Below are positions 46,182 through 58,994 of a DNA stretch of 64,000 nucleotides, one piece after another. The notes under the pieces are model-generated. The model worked only from the letters and a program-made list of their open reading frames with translations. It ran no database searches and was not told the origin of the DNA. Location of the stretch: assembly GCA_000004985.1 (NCBI GenBank), contig GG738847.1. One strand, 5' to 3'. The stretch comes from Naegleria gruberi. Lineage: Eukaryota. Positions within the stretch are counted from its first letter, which is position 1, and every line of letters starts with the position of its first letter. Made by a program: the position numbers and the translations under genes.

Positions 46182-47639
46182 TTAATCATCAGACAATTCA
46201 TCACCATTATCATCTTGCATGGTATTTCCAGCTCCTTGATATTTGGATTTATGTTGGGGCAGGTCAGTTGGATTATTGAGAACTCTTCTAATTTCTGAGG
46301 CCATACTTGTGTTTTGTTTGTGAAGTTTACAAACTTGTTTGATTTGATGCTTTTGTTCCTTTGAAAGTTTTGATCCGTAGTAAGTGACAAAAGTGAGGAG
46401 AGCTTGATACCAAACAGTGTGAATGTTGGCCTTTTCTGGTGGAATATTTAAGAATTTAGCAAAATAGGAGACAACACCTTGAATAACTTGTGTCGGAAGG
46501 GCATATCTCTTTTCCAAGAATACCTTAATAAATATGCAATTTGTGTTGGTATAATCGAGAGAGGCAATTTTCAATAAAGCAGCAGCAGAATGCATAACTG
46601 GAATGGTCATCTTTTTCAAAATACCTCCAATAATGTGGGCTTCTTTAACAGTACATTGACCATCTTCACAAAGTGGAATAATGAAACCTTTAAATAAAGC
46701 AGCTGGTCTCCACGTTGCCTTAATAATTGATTGATACAAGTGGTGATTTAACTTTAAGTGTTTACGGGAAGTGAATTGAGAATTGATTGGGGACTTTTTC
46801 TTATTGGAAGTGAGAATATCATTTCTAACTCTTGGCAATAAAATCATGTTCAAAAATCTTTGAGAAATTGAATCATTACCTTGAGAGACAAATAATTTAG
46901 TTGCTTTGTATACAGCTTGTGTAGACCACTTATCTGGTTGAGTTAAATAAAGGATTTCTTCCCAATTTGAAAGAGTTGGAATAATGGCAAAAACTTTTGG
47001 AAGTTTACCAGATCTATACTTTTTCAAAATTGTTCCCAAAGCTCTATAGGAAGTAACAACCTTCTTGTGAAGCTTTTCTTCCAAGGCCTTTTCATCAAAT
47101 GAAAGAGTTGAAACCATTGTTGGATCAACATGGCCATGTTGTGAAACTTCCTTTTCTTTGATTTTTTGAATAATCATTTCAGAAATATTGATTGGTTGTC
47201 TATTTTCTTCTTCTTCTGTACCTAAAAAGAAGTTCAAAGCGTTTTCATCCTCTTCTTCCAATTCAATTTCAACATATTCCGAAGTTGATTTTTTCTTTTC
47301 ATTTCCTGATGTTGGAATATCTAAAACACTACTAATTGGTTCATCATCGTCATCCATTTCCAATTCTACTTGTTGTCTCTTAACTGCTGATTCAATTCTT
47401 TTTGTTGTCTTTGCATCAAGAAATTCTTCTTCTTCTTCCTCTCCATCATTATAATCATCACCACTAATATTAACTTTCATTTTCTTTTGAAGTTTTTTAA
47501 GAGCTCTTCTTCCTTGTGGAGCATTTTGTTGTTCTTCATCCAATTGTTCATGTTCCAAATATTCTCTGTGCAATGGTTTTGTTGCTCTTTGTTGAATCAA
47601 CTTTTTGACTGTCTTGGCTTGTTTGGTTTCCTTTGGCAT
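46182..47639 (-). CDS. BYSL: bystin (BYSL/Enp1) 40S ribosome biogenesis factor
   Basis: Collinear with human bystin: LPKVFAIIPTLSNWEEILYLTQPDKWS, RFLNMILLPRVRNDI, FKGFIIPLCEDGQCTVKEAHIIGGILKKMTIPVMHSAAALLKIA and YALPTQVIQGVVSYF. ATG at 47639 (MPKETKQ). Acidic N-terminal region. Confidence 0.85.
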   Translation of the reverse strand: MPKETKQAKTVKKLIQQRATKPLHREYLEHEQLDEEQQNAPQGRRALKKLQKKMKVNISGDDYNDGEEEEEEFLDAKTTKRIESAVKRQQVELEMDDDDEPISSVLDIPTSGNEKKKSTSEYVEIELEEEDENALNFFLGTEEEENRQPINISEMIIQKIKEKEVSQHGHVDPTMVSTLSFDEKALEEKLHKKVVTSYRALGTILKKYRSGKLPKVFAIIPTLSNWEEILYLTQPDKWSTQAVYKATKLFVSQGNDSISQRFLNMILLPRVRNDILTSNKKKSPINSQFTSRKHLKLNHHLYQSIIKATWRPAALFKGFIIPLCEDGQCTVKEAHIIGGILKKMTIPVMHSAAALLKIASLDYTNTNCIFIKVFLEKRYALPTQVIQGVVSYFAKFLNIPPEKANIHTVWYQALLTFVTYYGSKLSKEQKHQIKQVCKLHKQNTSMASEIRRVLNNPTDLPQHKSKYQGAGNTMQDDNGDELSDD

Positions 47640-48408
47640 TTTTTTTTCAAATTCAAAATTATTGCTGAAAATTTGATAATTGAACAATTTATGAATACAT
47701 AAGAAGAATATTTGATGAAGGATGATTAAAGATATTAAAGAAATTGTAAATGTTTCATGAACAATTAATAAATTTATTTATAAATAATAATAATATGTTA
47801 ATAATAATATTAAAATAATAAAAAGGAGGCTTGTGATGAATGGCATCAGAGTATTTTGAATTCATGATGGAAAATAGTGTACGGTTTTTGTGAAGGATTA
47901 CTGAACAAGGCTTGTTGCTATTTCATCCATACAAATCGTAAACCTCATTGCAATTATTTCCCATTGCCAATCCTGTTTTACTTTGGAAAGGCAACAAGAA
48001 ACAACACACAAAGTTTCTATATCACACCCCTTTGGTAGAGAATATTGATGTTGCTTGATACTCTCACCCTAAAAGTATGAAAAGAGAGGAGAAATCTATT
48101 CGAGATACAAATGTTTGTATATTCGTGCTCATCACAATAAGGGATCAATATGGAGAATAACAACAATCCCGATTCATCATCATCCACAATCCGTACAAGT
48201 TTAGATCATACCTTTTACTAACAGTCATCATTTAGCCTTTCCTCCCTTATTTTTTTTAATTATTAAATTAATTTAAATATATTTAATTAAATTATTAATA
48301 TTTTCATCAACACTATTCAAAATGTTCATCAAAATTGATTTTAATATTTATTAAATATTTAATAGTATTAAAATAATATAATATTTAATAGTAAAATATT
48401 AAAAAAAA

Positions 48409-51091
48409 ATGTCTGATGTAAAATCGCCCACCGTCTTGGGCATGGGTTTCAACTCATCACAAAATAATTTCAAATTGCCATCCTCTCACCTAGTGGGTAA
48501 TGTAAAAGTTGCTGATAAGAGTTGGAGAAATGCTCGATCTCTTTCCGGACTTCATGATGGTGGACAAAATGTAACAAAATCACTCCTACGTTCCGATATT
48601 ACTATTGAGGATAGTTCTTGTATTTGTGTAAATAATCAACAAAATTATATTGTACAGGCTGGTGTTGGAGGAAGATTTCAAACTATTAAAGTAATTCAAA
48701 AATCAAGGAGTGATGCTAAACAATTTACAAACACAACAACAGTTTTGGATAAAAAGGATTCACCAATACCAAATACTAATATATTTTCACCACAATTTAG
48801 TGGGAAATTTCCTGGACCTATTCACTGTATGGATATGTTAAATCAATATCTTCTTATTGGAAGTTCTAATGGAGAGTGTTATGTAAAAACTATGGATGTT
48901 GCTAGTGAAAAGAATAATTGTCTTCTTGATGATTCTCCAAATAGTATTGTTAAATGTCAGACATTTTCTCATTCAAAATTAAAGAAATCAGATCAATCAT
49001 CTATTCTCACAACTCCTTCTCCAGAACAATACACATTCAGCACTAAAATTAATAATGTACAAATAGAAAGATCAGAAAATCCAAAGAATTTTCACACATT
49101 GGAAAATAATAGACTTCACATTTGGTCTTTTGAAAAGGATGATGCTCCAATCCAAACTATTCAAGGCTCTAGAAGTCCTTTATGGTGCAGTTCATGGTCT
49201 AGTTTTAACTCTAATTTAATTCTCATTGGTGGTGTCAGTAAAGCTGTCAAGTTGATAGATACAAGAAGTATGGGAATTGCAAATGCCAACATCCAATTTT
49301 CTCATTGTGATGCAATTACTGATGTACAGTGGAGTCCTCTTCTTCCTTACTGGTTTGCCAGCTGCTCAACTGATGGACTCATTTATGTGTGGGATCAAAG
49401 ATATGCTGCAGAACCAATTAAAATTTTGGAAGGACATAACAATGTAGTCAAGAAGATATCTTGGTCTCGTTCACATGTTGAAGTTCTCGCCAGTGGTGGT
49501 GTAGATCATTCTGTAAAGTTGTGGAGTTTAAGAACAGAGCCTCATCATGTTCTGACAACATTAGATAAGGGCTTCTTTAGTGATTCAATTTTAGGTCTTA
49601 GCTTTTCAAATGTAACACCAAATCAATTGTTTGCCAACTCTGCTAGTGGTGAATTATTGGCCATATCAGTGGGCTCTCAAGTATTAGATCCACTTGTACA
49701 ACATAGATTCTTTGAAGAAGGATCAGAATCTAGTGGAAAGAAAGATAGCGAAAAAGACAATATTGAAAATGTTGAAACAAATATTTTCCATAGAAATTTG
49801 ACACAAGCTTTCAGTGATGTGGAGCAAATTGCTACCAAACTTAAAAATCAAAACAAACTCGAGAAGGCTCTCAAATTGCTCGAACTCTGTAAACCAAAAA
49901 TTAATACAGGAACTGAAAAGGCAAACACCAATCCAAAGGCAAGATTTAAGAAAGAACTTGAAGATTACTCTTACCATATTCCACCAAACTTTTCACTTGC
50001 TAAAAAGCCAGACGAGAAGAGAATTGATGACTTGATTTTGAATTGTAAAATATTGAGATTTGTACAAAGAAAAGAATTTAGTGAAATAGTTTCTTTAGAA
50101 AGCAAGTTGTTAGAATTGTTAAAGTCTGATACTCAAAGAATAGAACTTGGTACCATTAGAGATGTTATCAAACTTTACCTTGCACATGATTACAAGAAGG
50201 GAATGTCACTTGCTATTGAAATTGCTTATATTCTTAAAGATCAATTTGAAGAATATCAAAAGATTGTCAAGGAAATTATCAATCCATCCATATACGAAGT
50301 ATCTCACAATCAATCTCTGAGAGAAAGTGGCTACAGAAGTTTAGCTAAAGCTTTCCAAAATCAAGAGTACATAATCGAACAATTGAAATTGCAAAAAGAT
50401 GTTATTGGAGCTTTGTGGGGATATTCAGATAGCTCCAAGATGATTATCAACTATGTAGGAGATACCTATCTTGACATCATTTCTGCCTCGGTTTTGAGAA
50501 CCTATCTTAATGCTCTTCTGTGCCAGCAACAGTATGACAAGTTTTTCATTGTCTGTACAAAATTACTCCAAAAAATTCAAGGTTTTGATATTGCTGTAGT
50601 CATTCGTGATTTGATGAAAACCGTTGCCAATCCAGATTTTACCAAGCTTTTGAATACTGAAATTCTTAACTCTGAGGTTTGTTTATATTTTCATTCATGT
50701 TATTAACATTTAATAGCTTCTTAATGTTTTAGAAAATAAGAAGCCTTCTGCTTCTAGATTATTCCCTGCTGCTAAATGTTTGGATATTTTGAATCAGACT
50801 AAAGGTACAGTCTTTTCTGTCATTAGAATTGCTATCTTCTGCCCAGCAATACCGAGCTATATGACTGGCGTTTTGGAGCTTGCACTTCAAAAAATCTATG
50901 ACATTTATGAGTTTTCATTTGCTCAACTTGTGGATTCGGCACAAAAACCACTAGCTAAGAAATTTGCAGAAGAGTTACTTAAAAGGTTCGAGTTGAGAAA
51001 ATTGGCTGCCAAATCAGACGATTTAACAGAAATACAAGAAAAGGTGGCTGACCTTGTCCCAATATTGGAAAATGTTTACAATGAAGAATAA
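48409..51091 (+). CDS. WD40-repeat protein with a C-terminal alpha-helical domain, 2 exons, function unassigned
   Basis: Exons are approximately 48409..50676 and 50717..51091, with a 40-nt GTTTGT...TTAACATTTAATAG intron. WD repeats: DVQWSPLLPYWFASCSTDGLIYVWD and LASGGVDHSVKLWSL. The helical C-terminal half continues in frame across the intron (...ILNSE/LLNVLENKKPSAS...). Confidence 0.55.
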
Positions 51092-51254
51092 ACCCTATGG
51101 ATTATTTACTGTGTGCTCATAATTATTGAACTTCAATACGATTGTTACGAGATAGTAATGTACTAAATCTTATCATTTGGTTGCAGTTCTCTGACCCAGA
51201 AAATTCAATACTCGTTTCAACTTGATTGTCCTTTGATTACTTTGTAAAACAAGT

Positions 51255-52904
51255 TTAAGGCACCAAAAATCTTGACCCATTCTTGCTACTGTCAGCAGAA
51301 GTGTTTGAACCTCCAAATGACTTGTAGAGTGAAACCAAATGGCTTGGCAATTGACCTTTCTTCTTTTGTTTTGACATTACAGACAGTGATTTGTTAGCCT
51401 CAGCAAACTCTTCTTCGAAAGATTTCTTCTTTTTTGGTTTGAGGGATAGTAAGCTATGACTTTGGGAGTGTTCGTTAGGATAAACAATTTTACAAGTTCT
51501 GTCCCTTGCCGATTTTTCCTTTGAGGTTACTGCTCTCTTTTGTAGTGGTTCAAATATGACTGGCTCTGAAAATTCCTCTTCTCTAAAAGATTCGGGAAGT
51601 GATTGAGAATGAAGTTGAGGCTGGTCTTGTTGCATTTCTGAAGTATTTACATTGGAAAAGTTAGTATTCCACATTGAAAGAGCTTGCAAAACAGATATTG
51701 CTGGTTTTTCAACCTCTTCATCCACATTTTTCTTGATATTCTTAACAGTATTTCTGGCACTTTGAATCATCTCTTCTTTTGCATCGAGTAACTTACTGAG
51801 CTTTCTTGGAGTCAGGTCAATATCAACATGTTTTAATGCAAGAGCCCTTCCTCTCCACTTTTCCATTTCTGACATGGATGTCTTGTATCTTTCTGTCAAT
51901 CTTGTTAACTCATTGGCCATAACATCGAGCTCTGTATGTAACACATCATTGTCTGCAGAAGCATTTTTAGAATCATAGACATCCTCTTCTAGCAATCGTA
52001 TCTTTTCTTGATCTGAGAGTTGTTTTATCTGCATTTCTCTAATTAAATTTTCTCTCTTGATTAGATCTTCATCTCTTACTTGCTTATCCCTTTTCAATTT
52101 TTCATTTTGAGAAAGTATGCTTCTGATTTGTTCCAAAAACACATTGATATCAGAAGGAGGTCTATTTACCATGACCTCCTTAAAGAGGCCACTTCGAACT
52201 ATAGCATCCCACACGCCATCATTCTTTGTTACTGGTTCTTGTCTACTAACTGATTCTTCGAATTTCTTCTGATATTCCGATTCAATTTGTTTCCTAAATT
52301 TTTCCAATTCTACAGCAGATGTTTGAGATTCCAATGTTTTTACATGAGATAGTTTCTCTAATTGAGCGTGTAAACTCTTCACTATTGATCTGAGCTCAGC
52401 ATTTTCCTGCTCATAAAATTTATAGATATGCATTTCGCTCTCCATTCTCGATTTTTCAATTGATAATGTTTTAATTTTAAATTCATCCTCCATGCTTTTA
52501 GTTTTCATTTCTTCTGCAAACATATCAAATTCTTGCTTTGCTGTTACCCTAAGCTTTTTAATTTCCTTCCTCAATTCCTCAATTAACGATTCTCGTTGTT
52601 CTCCTGATTTACGAAGAAAATCGAGAGCACTTGTCTGTTCTTCAATCTTTTCTTTTAGTACTCCATTTTCCTGTCTTAATGCTTCAAATCTAATATGATC
52701 AATGTTATGAAATTAATAAATCTCTTCCGACACCTACTCTGATAAAACCTCCTTTACCGTTGCTTTTCTTCTCCCTTCTTTACTTGTTCTAACTTTTAGA
52801 CGTTTCTGATCATTCTCCTCTGAATAGGAAGTACTCTCTCCTCCAGCATCTAAGGAAGATGAGGCTGCTGCTGTGGGAGATACAATATGATACCTTACAG
52901 GCAT
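51255..52904 (-). CDS. coiled-coil protein, 2 exons, unknown function
   Basis: Exons are approximately 52904..52738 and 52689..51255, with a 48-nt GTAGGT intron. It has heptad-rich sequence throughout. The ATG at 52904 is in an A-rich context. Confidence 0.5.
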
Positions 52905-53023
52905 TTTTTATCTTTTGCCCTTTCGAAACGAACTTTAAAGTTGTTGTTTGTCTCTTCTAATGATGATGATTTTAAAAATTGGTTATTTACTCTGTAACGT
53001 TCTTTTTCAAACAAAGGCGATTA

Positions 53024-53035
53024 TTTGGCGGGAAA
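53024..53035. promoter_or_regulatory. E2F-like site TTTGGCGGGAAA in the divergent promoter between the coiled-coil gene and the ARM-like gene
   Basis: It is an identical 12-mer to the site at 10762-10773. Confidence 0.35.
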
Positions 53036-53133
53036 AATTTCAAAAAAACAAATCTACAGCCATCATTAAGCAGCTCTTGACCACTGGAAGAATTTAATTA
53101 TCACTTCTCTCTGTAACTTTAAAATATTTAAGA

Positions 53134-55877
53134 ATGAACAGGAGTATACAAAATAGACCCCTTGATGTTTTATTTTCAGGGGAATCGAAAGATAGAGTAA
53201 AAGGACAAACACAAATCATACACGGAATTGATGAGCCTATTGTTCCACCAAGGAAAATCAATTCCATCTCATCATCGAGAACTAAAAATCCAATACAAAA
53301 GAGCACAATAATGAATGCTTCTTTTACATCAACAAATAGTTTACGAGAGGATTTACAATCAACAACAAGAAGTTCTTTTTCTAAGGAAGTATTGAATACA
53401 ACAACATCGATCAAATCACCTTCCGATTATACATTTCAAAAAGTTATTAGTTTAATTAATGACAAGTATTCATTCGATTTATATGATAGACATTATGCCG
53501 AATTTCAAAAGGTTTTGGCAAACAGGGAATTAGGATTTTATGTGGACGAGAAAGATGATGTCACATTTCTTGTAAATTATTGTGTTGATATCATTCTTGA
53601 AGGAGAGAAGCCATTAGAGGCAAAAGAAAATTGTATCAAATTATTGGATGCTTTTGTTTCATTATGCTTCATTCCATTGAGAGAACGAAAAGCTAGTGAT
53701 TCTTTAATTAAAGCAGATTCCTATCTTTCAATTGTAAATTCTCTTGGAAAAATTATGAGATTGACTGTGGCTATTGCTAAACCAATTCAAGTTACAGTTG
53801 CTAAGGTAAGCAGCATAAATATTTTACTGAATGACTTAATATTTTCAGTGTTTGAGTGATTTAATTGAAAAATCATTTGATATTGAGTATTTACAGAAAG
53901 CAGTTAAAAATTCTGATATTCTGAGGGATGCTCTTAATGCAATTGTTAATTTGACAAATGAAAAGGAAAAAGTTGACACTGAAATATTTTTGGAGACGAT
54001 GACAGTCATTATGTGTCTTTCCAAGTATTCAGAATTTTCTGAAATTTTGACAAGAGAAGGAGGTTTAAATATTTTAGTCAATGTGCTGAATGCATCCGAA
54101 TTCAATGATATGATTGTATTCAAAGTTGTAGATACTTTGTGGAATGTTGTAGAAGTATTTCCAAAATCCACTCTTTACTTGGGAGATATTTCTTGTGTGA
54201 CATCTCTCTTCAATATCATTCAAGAAATTAATTGCAAGGGATTCAGAACAAAGGACAAAGAATTAAGAAATGATATTTTGATTCTATTTTCCTTCCTTGC
54301 CCGAGAACCTGAAAACCAAACAATCTTGAAGGATTGTGGACTTTTAGAATATCTTGCTGCTGTATCTATTGGATTAGACTTATATCCAGATGCAGTTACT
54401 GTACAATATTCTTTATCATCAACTTCCAATGAAGATTTTGAAATGAAAAAGCTATCATGGACAATTTTGTTCTACCTCACTTTCTCTGATAGCTGCCTTC
54501 CTTTGATTGTTGAGTTGGGATTTACTCTACTCTTATTGGAAACTATAAACGAGAATGGAACAATAATGAACAAATGGAATGAGAATCAAAAATGGGAGCT
54601 TAAAATCATCGCTCTCAAAGTATTGTTCATGTTGAGCGTACGAGTACCTGAGGAATTTTCTAAGGAGCAAGGTTCAAGAATCTGCTTGGAGGTTTTACAA
54701 ACTACAAAAGATGAAACAATTTTGGGAGGATGCTACAATACAATTATGAACATTTCGACAACAGTAATTGGGTCTGTCGACCTTTTTAATGCAGATGTCA
54801 TTCCAATAATGCTTGATGCATGTGTGGATACAGGAGTTTCGTTAAATTCAAGAACTGATGCCATCAGAATTGTTTCTAACGTATGCTCACATGTAATAGA
54901 ATCCAGAGAAGCTTTCAAATTTAATGGAGGTGTTACAAAATCTCTAGTACTTTTAGAGAGTTGTGTGAAAGATTATAACCAGGTGGAAAAGGGTAAGTAA
55001 CATTGAATGAACTTATTTTGTATAACGAATATGTTCAGATGAGTTCATTTTCAATAGTGTGGATTGTGTATGGTCTTGCGTTGTTGGAACAGAAGAGAGT
55101 GAAAAAATATTTATTGATGGTGATGGAATTCACTACTTATTGACCTTACTTACTCTTGTAAATGACTGGATTAAGCTCTCTATTTTGGGTTGTTTAGCAG
55201 ACTTTATGAATTGTTCAATGCAAGCAGTGGATGAAGTATTAACTTGGAAGGGAAGAAATAAGGAAAATGTAGTCACATATCTTATCAAATTGTGGAAAGA
55301 AAACGAAAGTGCTAAATCAGTTAAAGATAGATTTTTCTTAGAAAATATGGAAGTTGATCCAAAAGATTATGATCTGCAAAGAAAGATTTACCATGTCCTT
55401 AATATAATTGGAAATAGAATTGATTCATCTGCTCTTTCGGATGATGACAGTATGGAGCTTGTAAAAATTCAACATTACGACAAGTTACTGAACGATAAGG
55501 CATGGGAAGATATCTGTATGGAGCTTGAACAAGAAAATATTCGACCAACAACTCCAGATAGAGAATTAATTTCAGAAAAATTCAAAGAAAAAGAGGAAAG
55601 AGAAAACAATATTGCCTCTGGTAAGAAGGATATTGTAAATGAAATGCAAAATAGACTTATCAAAGAAGAGGAAACATTCTACAGAACAATTATTGATAGA
55701 CACAGCAATAATGCCTCAACAATGCAAAAACCATTCAACACCTCATTCGACGACAGATACACATGTAAATCAAGAGCAACAGCAAAAACCTCAACAGCTG
55801 TCAAGAATATCAGTGTTCAAGCATTTAAAATAATTGGAGGTTATGTAAATAGAAGAGCAGCAGAAGAAGAAATCTAA
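53134..55877 (+). CDS. armadillo/HEAT-like helical repeat protein of about 884 aa, 3 exons, unassigned
   Basis: Exons are approximately 53134..53805, 53849..54992 and 55039..55877, with 43- and 46-nt GTAAGC/GTAAGT introns. The three track ORFs join in frame across them. It has repetitive helical hairpins (LNILVNVLNASEFNDMIVFKVVDTLWNVV...) and no catalytic motif. Confidence 0.55.
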
Positions 55878-56162
55878 AACTTCGTAAATAAAACCAAATC
55901 TATTAAGAGAAATGAGTTTATCAATTTAGTCAACCACTTCTCTCCTCACGTCAAACAATCCATCATCACACAAATTCATCATCACATAACATTAAAAATA
56001 ATATTTTAAAAATTTTCAATTAAGAAGATCCTGTGTAACATCCGGACACAGTTCCAACGAAATTAGAGAACATTACACGAACAAAAATTAAACAAGACTT
56101 CATCTTCCAAGAGAGTTCCTTTCTGTTCCTCCTTTCATTGACTTGCAACACTCTACAAAACA

Positions 56163-58994
56163 ATGCAAAAAGAACAAACGCATACCTTCCCTTTTGTTGA
56201 TATTCTGCAGCAGGCAACATTGGGAAATTCATCTACGACTACTCCTAATAATTCAAACAGTGTTGTACAATCTCAACCTCAACAACAACAGCCTACAGTT
56301 CTAACATCAAATCCTATTACTACTAACACAAATCTAAATTCTGATTCGGTTGATCTTGACGAAATATTTAAGTTTATCCAACAACCATCTACATCTTTTG
56401 ATATGAATATTATTAACCACCAATTTAATTCCCTCTCTGATAATAATAGTAACAACATGTATAATAATAACAATACCCGAAGACAATTTTCTGCTGACCA
56501 CCAACAACAACAACAGATAACGAATCAACACCACCATCATCATCACTATCCAAATAACTTCCACCAACAACAACCTCATACTACCAATAATATTGCTGAC
56601 TATGATACATTCCTTCCTGAATTTGATGTCAATGATCAACAAGTATTTGCCACCACTCCAAATAACAATATCCAACAACAACCACACATGAATATTAACG
56701 TAATGCCAATTGTTGATGACAATAACCTCCTCGAATTTATTAATAATGGCGGATATTTACAGGCTCCACAAGGTTACAGCTATATGCAAGCAACCACAAA
56801 TCCACAAACAAACTCCTATCCAAAGGGTTATGGTATTTTCAATCAGGGTGTTCCGTTTGTTAGTGAACAGAATAGTGCTCAACCACTTAAACCAGCTTCT
56901 AATCAATTTTCTGATACAGTGACAGTGTTGAATAGTTTACCAAATTTAAAGGGATATCCTCGTCCACATTCACCACTTTCTGGTTCTACATTATCACCTG
57001 GTTCTACAATTACACCAAGTCCATCTGCTCTCAATGGATTTACTTTCCAAGGTATTCAAATTCCAGATCTGATTAAATTAGTTGAAGGTTTTAATAAGCC
57101 AGTAACTGAAAAGCAAATTGGTGGTCGAGACAATACAAGACATCCATTGCCAAGACAAGTTATTGAATTGGATGTAACAAAACTCCCACAAGATAGTAAC
57201 CCAGCTGTAATTTCTGTTAGACCTTCAGTTATGGGTATTGACAAGTCAACCAGAAAGAATACAGCCCTAGCAGTTTTGGGAGAGAAGCCATTCGTTAAAG
57301 CTTCATCTCATCCAGTTGAGCGATGGGTTGCAATCTTTGATGATATTGTCATTCAATTTGCCTCACATAACAATGGACAAAAACTCAGAATCAAGTTTGA
57401 ATTACTTGATGCTGAAAAGCGAGTTGTCTGTAGTATTGAATCTTATGGATTTGAAACAATTACAAAGAGAGGTATTGAAAAGAAGAAGGAAAGAAGAAAG
57501 ACTAAGGATAAGAGAAAGAGAAATTCTGATACTGAAGAAGACGAAACAGATGAAGCAACCATTGAACATGTTTCTCCTGCCTTTGGTTTTACTTCTGGTG
57601 GTGCTTTGGTTAAGGTTATGGGTTCTGGTTTTGTTTCTACACCACTCTCCAAATGTGTTGTCAGATTTGGAGACAAGGATGCCAGAGAAATCCACACCAT
57701 TAAGAGAAATTACATTGTTTGCGAGACTCCTGAAAGTGAAAAGGCAGGCATCGTTGATGTTTCTGTCATGTTTGGAGAAAGCCTCATTGGTGGTGAAGCC
57801 AAGTTCCAATACATTGACCCAACCAATACCTATGATTTGCAACTCATGATTCAACACATGATTGGTAATCAAAATGCTTTAAATAACTTTAATGCAGATG
57901 CTTCTTCGTTCTCCAACAAGTGTTACGATCAAACCATGTTCTATTCTGGTAAGGTTACAGATGAATGTGGTTTCACTGTTTTGCACCATGCTAGCGCTCG
58001 TGGCTTGTTCGAACTCTCTCAATATTTGGTTACAGAATCTGTTGTTGACATTGATGCCAAAGATAATTATGGCAGGACTGCTTTACATTGGGCCAGTTTT
58101 GCCTCATCAGATCTTGTCTGTCTCTACCTGATTAATAATGGTGCTGACATTTCTGAAACTGATGAAGTTGGCGATAACTTGCTTCATATTGCTTGTAGAT
58201 ATGCTACTGTTGAACATGTTCAAAATGTTCTTGGTGTCTTGTTAAAGCATGACGACAAGTACAGAACTAATACCAACAATATTTATGAACTTTTAACCTC
58301 TAAGAACAATGAAGGTGAAACACCTCTAGATCTTGCTAAGAGCATGGAAATGGATGATTCTGTTATGCAACTCATTTCAGTCTTTGAATCAGCTGCTGAA
58401 TATTGTCAAGCTCGTCTCTCAGAATATAGAATTCATCAACTCAAGAATATCACTTTACGTTCTGGTGAATTCAACGGAAAGACCATTAGCTCTCTTGAAG
58501 GTGAAAATAATAACTTGTCATTCGATATTCAACTCAAGAAGGATAAGTTGGTTTTGTCAATTGACAATGGAGACGGTAACCAAATCAGAGTTTCTATTGA
58601 TTACAAACATATTGCTTTCCTAATCTTGATCAAGCCACAACTCAAAGCAGAAATCACATTAAATACATCACCATTAATTGAGTTTGGTGATGCTAATGGT
58701 AACTGGGCAAGAATTAACAACCACAGATACCTTTCCTCTTGTCTGAGTTTCCATTTAGAAGTTAAAGATTCTACTGATCTCGACAAGATTAACAAGTTCA
58801 TCTGTGATAATGACTTGTTGTATCCATTCCAAACTATGTGCTTCTGTTATAGACCAACAATTGAAGAATCCACAAACAAGCTCAAAACACTCCCATCTTC
58901 AAATACTACCCCAACAACCAATACTGTAAATAAGGTGACCATGATTTCACCACAAGTAGATTCAATCAATCAAAGACAAACAAACATTTTTTAA
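56163..58994 (+). CDS. IPT/TIG-domain plus ankyrin-repeat protein (SPT23/MGA2/CAMTA-like architecture) with a Q/N-rich N-terminus
   Basis: TIG-like beta-sandwich: SPAFGFTSGGALVKVMGSGF...VVRFGDKDAREIHTIKRNYIVCETPESEKAGIVDVSVMFG. Ankyrin repeats: FTVLHHASARGLFELSQYLV, YGRTALHWASFASSDLVCLYLINNGADI and GDNLLHIACRY. Poly-Q/N/H tracts lie upstream. Confidence 0.6.
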   Translation: MQKEQTHTFPFVDILQQATLGNSSTTTPNNSNSVVQSQPQQQQPTVLTSNPITTNTNLNSDSVDLDEIFKFIQQPSTSFDMNIINHQFNSLSDNNSNNMYNNNNTRRQFSADHQQQQQITNQHHHHHHYPNNFHQQQPHTTNNIADYDTFLPEFDVNDQQVFATTPNNNIQQQPHMNINVMPIVDDNNLLEFINNGGYLQAPQGYSYMQATTNPQTNSYPKGYGIFNQGVPFVSEQNSAQPLKPASNQFSDTVTVLNSLPNLKGYPRPHSPLSGSTLSPGSTITPSPSALNGFTFQGIQIPDLIKLVEGFNKPVTEKQIGGRDNTRHPLPRQVIELDVTKLPQDSNPAVISVRPSVMGIDKSTRKNTALAVLGEKPFVKASSHPVERWVAIFDDIVIQFASHNNGQKLRIKFELLDAEKRVVCSIESYGFETITKRGIEKKKERRKTKDKRKRNSDTEEDETDEATIEHVSPAFGFTSGGALVKVMGSGFVSTPLSKCVVRFGDKDAREIHTIKRNYIVCETPESEKAGIVDVSVMFGESLIGGEAKFQYIDPTNTYDLQLMIQHMIGNQNALNNFNADASSFSNKCYDQTMFYSGKVTDECGFTVLHHASARGLFELSQYLVTESVVDIDAKDNYGRTALHWASFASSDLVCLYLINNGADISETDEVGDNLLHIACRYATVEHVQNVLGVLLKHDDKYRTNTNNIYELLTSKNNEGETPLDLAKSMEMDDSVMQLISVFESAAEYCQARLSEYRIHQLKNITLRSGEFNGKTISSLEGENNNLSFDIQLKKDKLVLSIDNGDGNQIRVSIDYKHIAFLILIKPQLKAEITLNTSPLIEFGDANGNWARINNHRYLSSCLSFHLEVKDSTDLDKINKFICDNDLLYPFQTMCFCYRPTIEESTNKLKTLPSSNTTPTTNTVNKVTMISPQVDSINQRQTNIF

